Positions 61,291 through 64,000 of a stretch of 64,000 nucleotides of DNA are shown piece after piece. Below the pieces are notes generated by a model. That model searched no databases. It saw only the letters and a list, made by a program, of their open reading frames with translations, and was not told the DNA's origin. Both the position numbers and the translations under genes were made by a program. The DNA is from Phoronis australis (Eukaryota; Animalia; Phoronida): assembly GCA_002633005.1 (NCBI GenBank), contig NMRA01000191.1:488466-552465 (forward strand), read 5' to 3'. The stretch's first letter is position 1. The number at the start of each line of letters is the position of its first letter.

Positions 61291-63692
61291 GTCATACTCA
61301 CACTCGACACATACTGTTTGTCAATGACAGTAGTGAGTTTAGAACTGTCATTCTCACATTAGACATGCACTGTTGTTTGTCAATGACAATAGTGAGGACT
61401 GCCATGTCATACTCTCATTAGTACCCTTCTAGCTCTTTTCAAACTTTGGAGGACTGGGCCCTCTTACTTGTTTTTGTTTCTATCCAGAAATAGTTTACTA
61501 CCTTTGACAAAATCTTAACACATTTAGCTTGCCTGCTTTTGTTTCCAAAGATCGCCTTTCTTCACTTATCTTTTTATCTCTAAAGTTTTTCCATTAAACC
61601 ATAGTGAGGAGCTCTCTCAAACTGAAATCTGACACAGATCCAAAGAGCGGTCTGACAATGGACAGATTATGTGGCATTTCATAATCCTCATTACATTTGA
61701 AAAGCAAGTGAGCAGGGAGTTTCTTTCCCTCTCTAGCCTCAGCTACCTCACTTTTCTCTCATTTGTTTTAAAAATGACGGTGTCCCATTAGTCTCTACTG
61801 TCCTGGGTTGTTTTTTTAGTTTAGTTACATAAATACCCAGGTTGTTCAATATTCAAGACCTACTTTGTTTCCAATATTTTGAACATTGTCTTGATTACTT
61901 TGGGTTACTCTCTAACTTGATTGATTTTGTCGTGCCCTATTTTTGTTGTCTGTAACAATAAAGATGTGACCCTTGAACTTTTATATATCCGTGAGTTTGT
62001 GTTCAGAGGTAAAAACGAAGAATGAACATTGGTCAATAAAGTTGAACCATGTTACAGCGAACCTAGTTTGCATGGGTTGCTCCCTTGTAGCATTCCATAA
62101 TGTATGTCCTGAGGAAACTGTACTGTATACAAGTTGCTTTTATTTTTAGTTGTAGCGCGCTTCAATTACAGCCAATGTTTTAGAAAGTTAGCCTGGTTCA
62201 ACTGTATGTGATCTACTCTAATTATTTATTTAATTAATTTTAATACTGCTACCTGTAGGTATCTGCATCGGTTTGATGAAGAGCTTGAACAGATAGACAT
62301 TATCAACAGCATACCTGGTCGCCAGGGACGACAGCACTTTAGTAGAGAACAGACTATTAAAACAACATTAGAAAACGAAAGAAGAGATTTTGAAACAGTT
62401 GGTCTAGGTAAGCAATCAACATACCGTATTGCCGCACCATTGGGCCCATAGGTGTGTGGGCAGAACTGTGCTTATGTGCCAAACTTAAGCGCCTGCACCA
62501 ACATGCAAACCACTTGGATAAAAAGGCTACGAAAAAAAGCATTATTTTGGATATTCGCCCATGGGCCTAAAGGTGCTGCAACACTGTAGTTGTGAATTAA
62601 TGGTACTGTTAAGCCACAATGGATTTTGACCAGCATGCAATTTTCAGACTGTACAGTTCATTGAGTTGCTATAGTACAAGAAAATTTGTTCAGGAATTGG
62701 AGACAGTGTGCTATGAAAACTGCTAGAGGTTTTCTTGTTTGATAAGTCGTGCGACAGTTAAACGCAATTTTAAGGCCACAAACTCAACACATTTTCTATT
62801 TTTTGTATTTAATCTGAAATTTATTGCGAAAACAGACTGGTGGGAAGGCATTTATACTTCTTGTGTTAATATTGTTGAAGTTCGGTGTTACATCGTTCAC
62901 TCGTAGATCTGTCACTGTCACTAAATCCTTGGTACTGTACCAAACTTGGCTGCTCTCTAGTCAATGGAGGTAGGATATCGTGATCAGGGTCCCACTGCAT
63001 TGTTTTATTTTTAAGTTTTAAAAATGGCAGACATTTGTGAGAGCCCTGAAAGTGGTATGCCACACTTTTTTGACCATGGCCGCTTCAAATAAAGAGCCAC
63101 AAACTTCAATGGACATGTTTAATGTCTTCCAGCTTCAATGGACCATATTCATGTTTATTGCCCTCTAGTTATCCAACTATTTGTGAAGTAATTTTTAAAT
63201 CATAGTTGAATCTTTGAGATTGGTTCGACCTTAACCAAGAAGAAAAAATTGGAAGTCAGATTCACAATGTGTGTGTGTGCGTGCGTGCGTGCGTGCGTGG
63301 GTCTCCCTCTTTTTAAAAACATGAATATTGCTATAATTATGAAGCACACTTGTCTGCATAGTTCTGTGTGCTTTCTGAATTTCAAAACCACTGATGTTGC
63401 ATTTGCAGAGATTCCGGACATTTTAAACAGGAAGAATTTGCAGACATTCAGAGACTGGAATAGTGAACTGAGATACATCCAAACTATCAAAATGAGGAGA
63501 TTTTCCAAAGAAAAACTGCTTAATTACTCGGAAAATAAGACAGAATCAAAATCTCAAGATGGCGTTGGAAAGTGTAACCCAGTGGCACAAAGTAACGAAG
63601 ACAGATCAGTCAGTGGTAAAGATGATGGTGAATATGTAGAGAATGCGAATGAACTGTCTGAACTGGAAACAATGGAATTGGAAGCTCACTGA
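54228..63692 (+). CDS. TMA16: Translation machinery-associated protein 16, ~222 aa, 6 coding exons
   Basis: ATG-only first coding exon 54228-54230 (CAACATG|GTAAGC), then 56074-56183, 57124-57161, 59170-59254, 62259-62407 and 63409-63692, with consistent phases (669 nt). Motifs [42 protein letters not shown] and GLEIPDILN...LQTFRDW match TMA16. Confidence 0.93.
54575..55334. mobile_element. 760-bp non-autonomous DNA transposon with ~85-bp TIRs, GG ends and 8-bp TSD (Merlin- or Mutator-like), in TMA16 intron 1
   Basis: GGTAATTTTTTACAATATGA...TTGCAACGTTATCTTTCCAAAAAT is mirrored at 55250-55334. TGTTCTTG on both flanks (54567-54574, 55335-55342). Confidence 0.85.
56785..56869. mobile_element. 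85-bp minimal MITE, CAG(G/T)GGCGGAT family, 5-bp TSD
   Basis: Ends CAGTGGCTGATTT / GAATCCGCCCCTG; CAGCT on both flanks. Confidence 0.8.
59255..59538. repeat. ~60-bp minisatellite, left part (continues at 61287-61415 after the LINE)
   Basis: Degenerate units GTTAGACATGCACTGTTGTTTGTCAATGACAATAGTGAGTTGAGAACTGTCATACTCAT, starting at the TMA16 intron 4 donor. Confidence 0.85.
59539..61286 (+). mobile_element. 5'-truncated non-LTR retrotransposon (CR1/L2 group), reverse transcriptase pseudogene with (TTA)n tail
   Basis: ORFs 59642-59920 and 59952-60995 carry [23 protein letters not shown], (K)[24 protein letters not shown] and WNNLP. A deletion/frameshift removes the xFLDL segment near 59905. AATAAA is followed by (TTA)n at 61232-61286. 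Confidence 0.93.
63268..63298. repeat. (TG)n/(TGCG)n microsatellite
   Basis: TGTGTGTGTGTGCGTGCGTGCGTGCGTGCGTG in TMA16 intron 5. Confidence 0.9.
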
Positions 63693-64000
63693 ATATATAA
63701 TTTGAATTATTCTATTTACAACCATTGTTGTTTTGGTGACTGTAAATTCTCATGAAAATGATGCTTTTCCCGATGCAAATATTATGTTCAGGTCACTAGG
63801 AAAGTGAGTTAAAGGCAAAGGCAACCCTTTTTCATGTCATTTTAGCAAAAATAAGGTTGGTTAACTATCCCAGACAAAGTTTTCACTTAATTACAGCTTT
63901 TCGTAATTTCATTAATTACTCGTCCTCTACTGCGGAAGTGACGTTTTGGGAGGCAAGAATTTCTTTTCAAATAGTCTGACTGAGGGTTGTCGAGTCAGTC

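Overview
This is AT-rich, intron-containing animal (invertebrate-type) genomic DNA with two N gaps (13720-14641, 44241-44777). Most entries in the six-frame ORF track are spurious. I built the real genes by hand from splice sites and reading-frame phases, and all homology calls are from memory, not database searches. Genes found: the 5' coding exons of pumilio (-), TMEM18 (-, 5 exons, with exons 4-5 repeated across the first gap), CCDC127 (+), CCDC43 (+, with a U12-type minor intron), a short three-exon homeobox gene with Gln at the nearly invariant Asn51 (Hopx-like, -), a secreted single-domain C-type lectin (-) and TMA16 (+, 6 exons). Between and within the genes are many non-autonomous DNA transposons; two families have CA...TG ends and consistent 5-bp target-site duplications, and others show 6-, 8- or 9-bp duplications. 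There is also a 5'-truncated LINE inserted into a minisatellite, several tandem repeats, and two decayed intronless ORF remnants, one resembling a death domain. I found no clearly new multi-gene system. The best leads are the Hopx-like gene, the U12 intron, the 5-bp-TSD elements and the polymorphic death-domain-like remnant.
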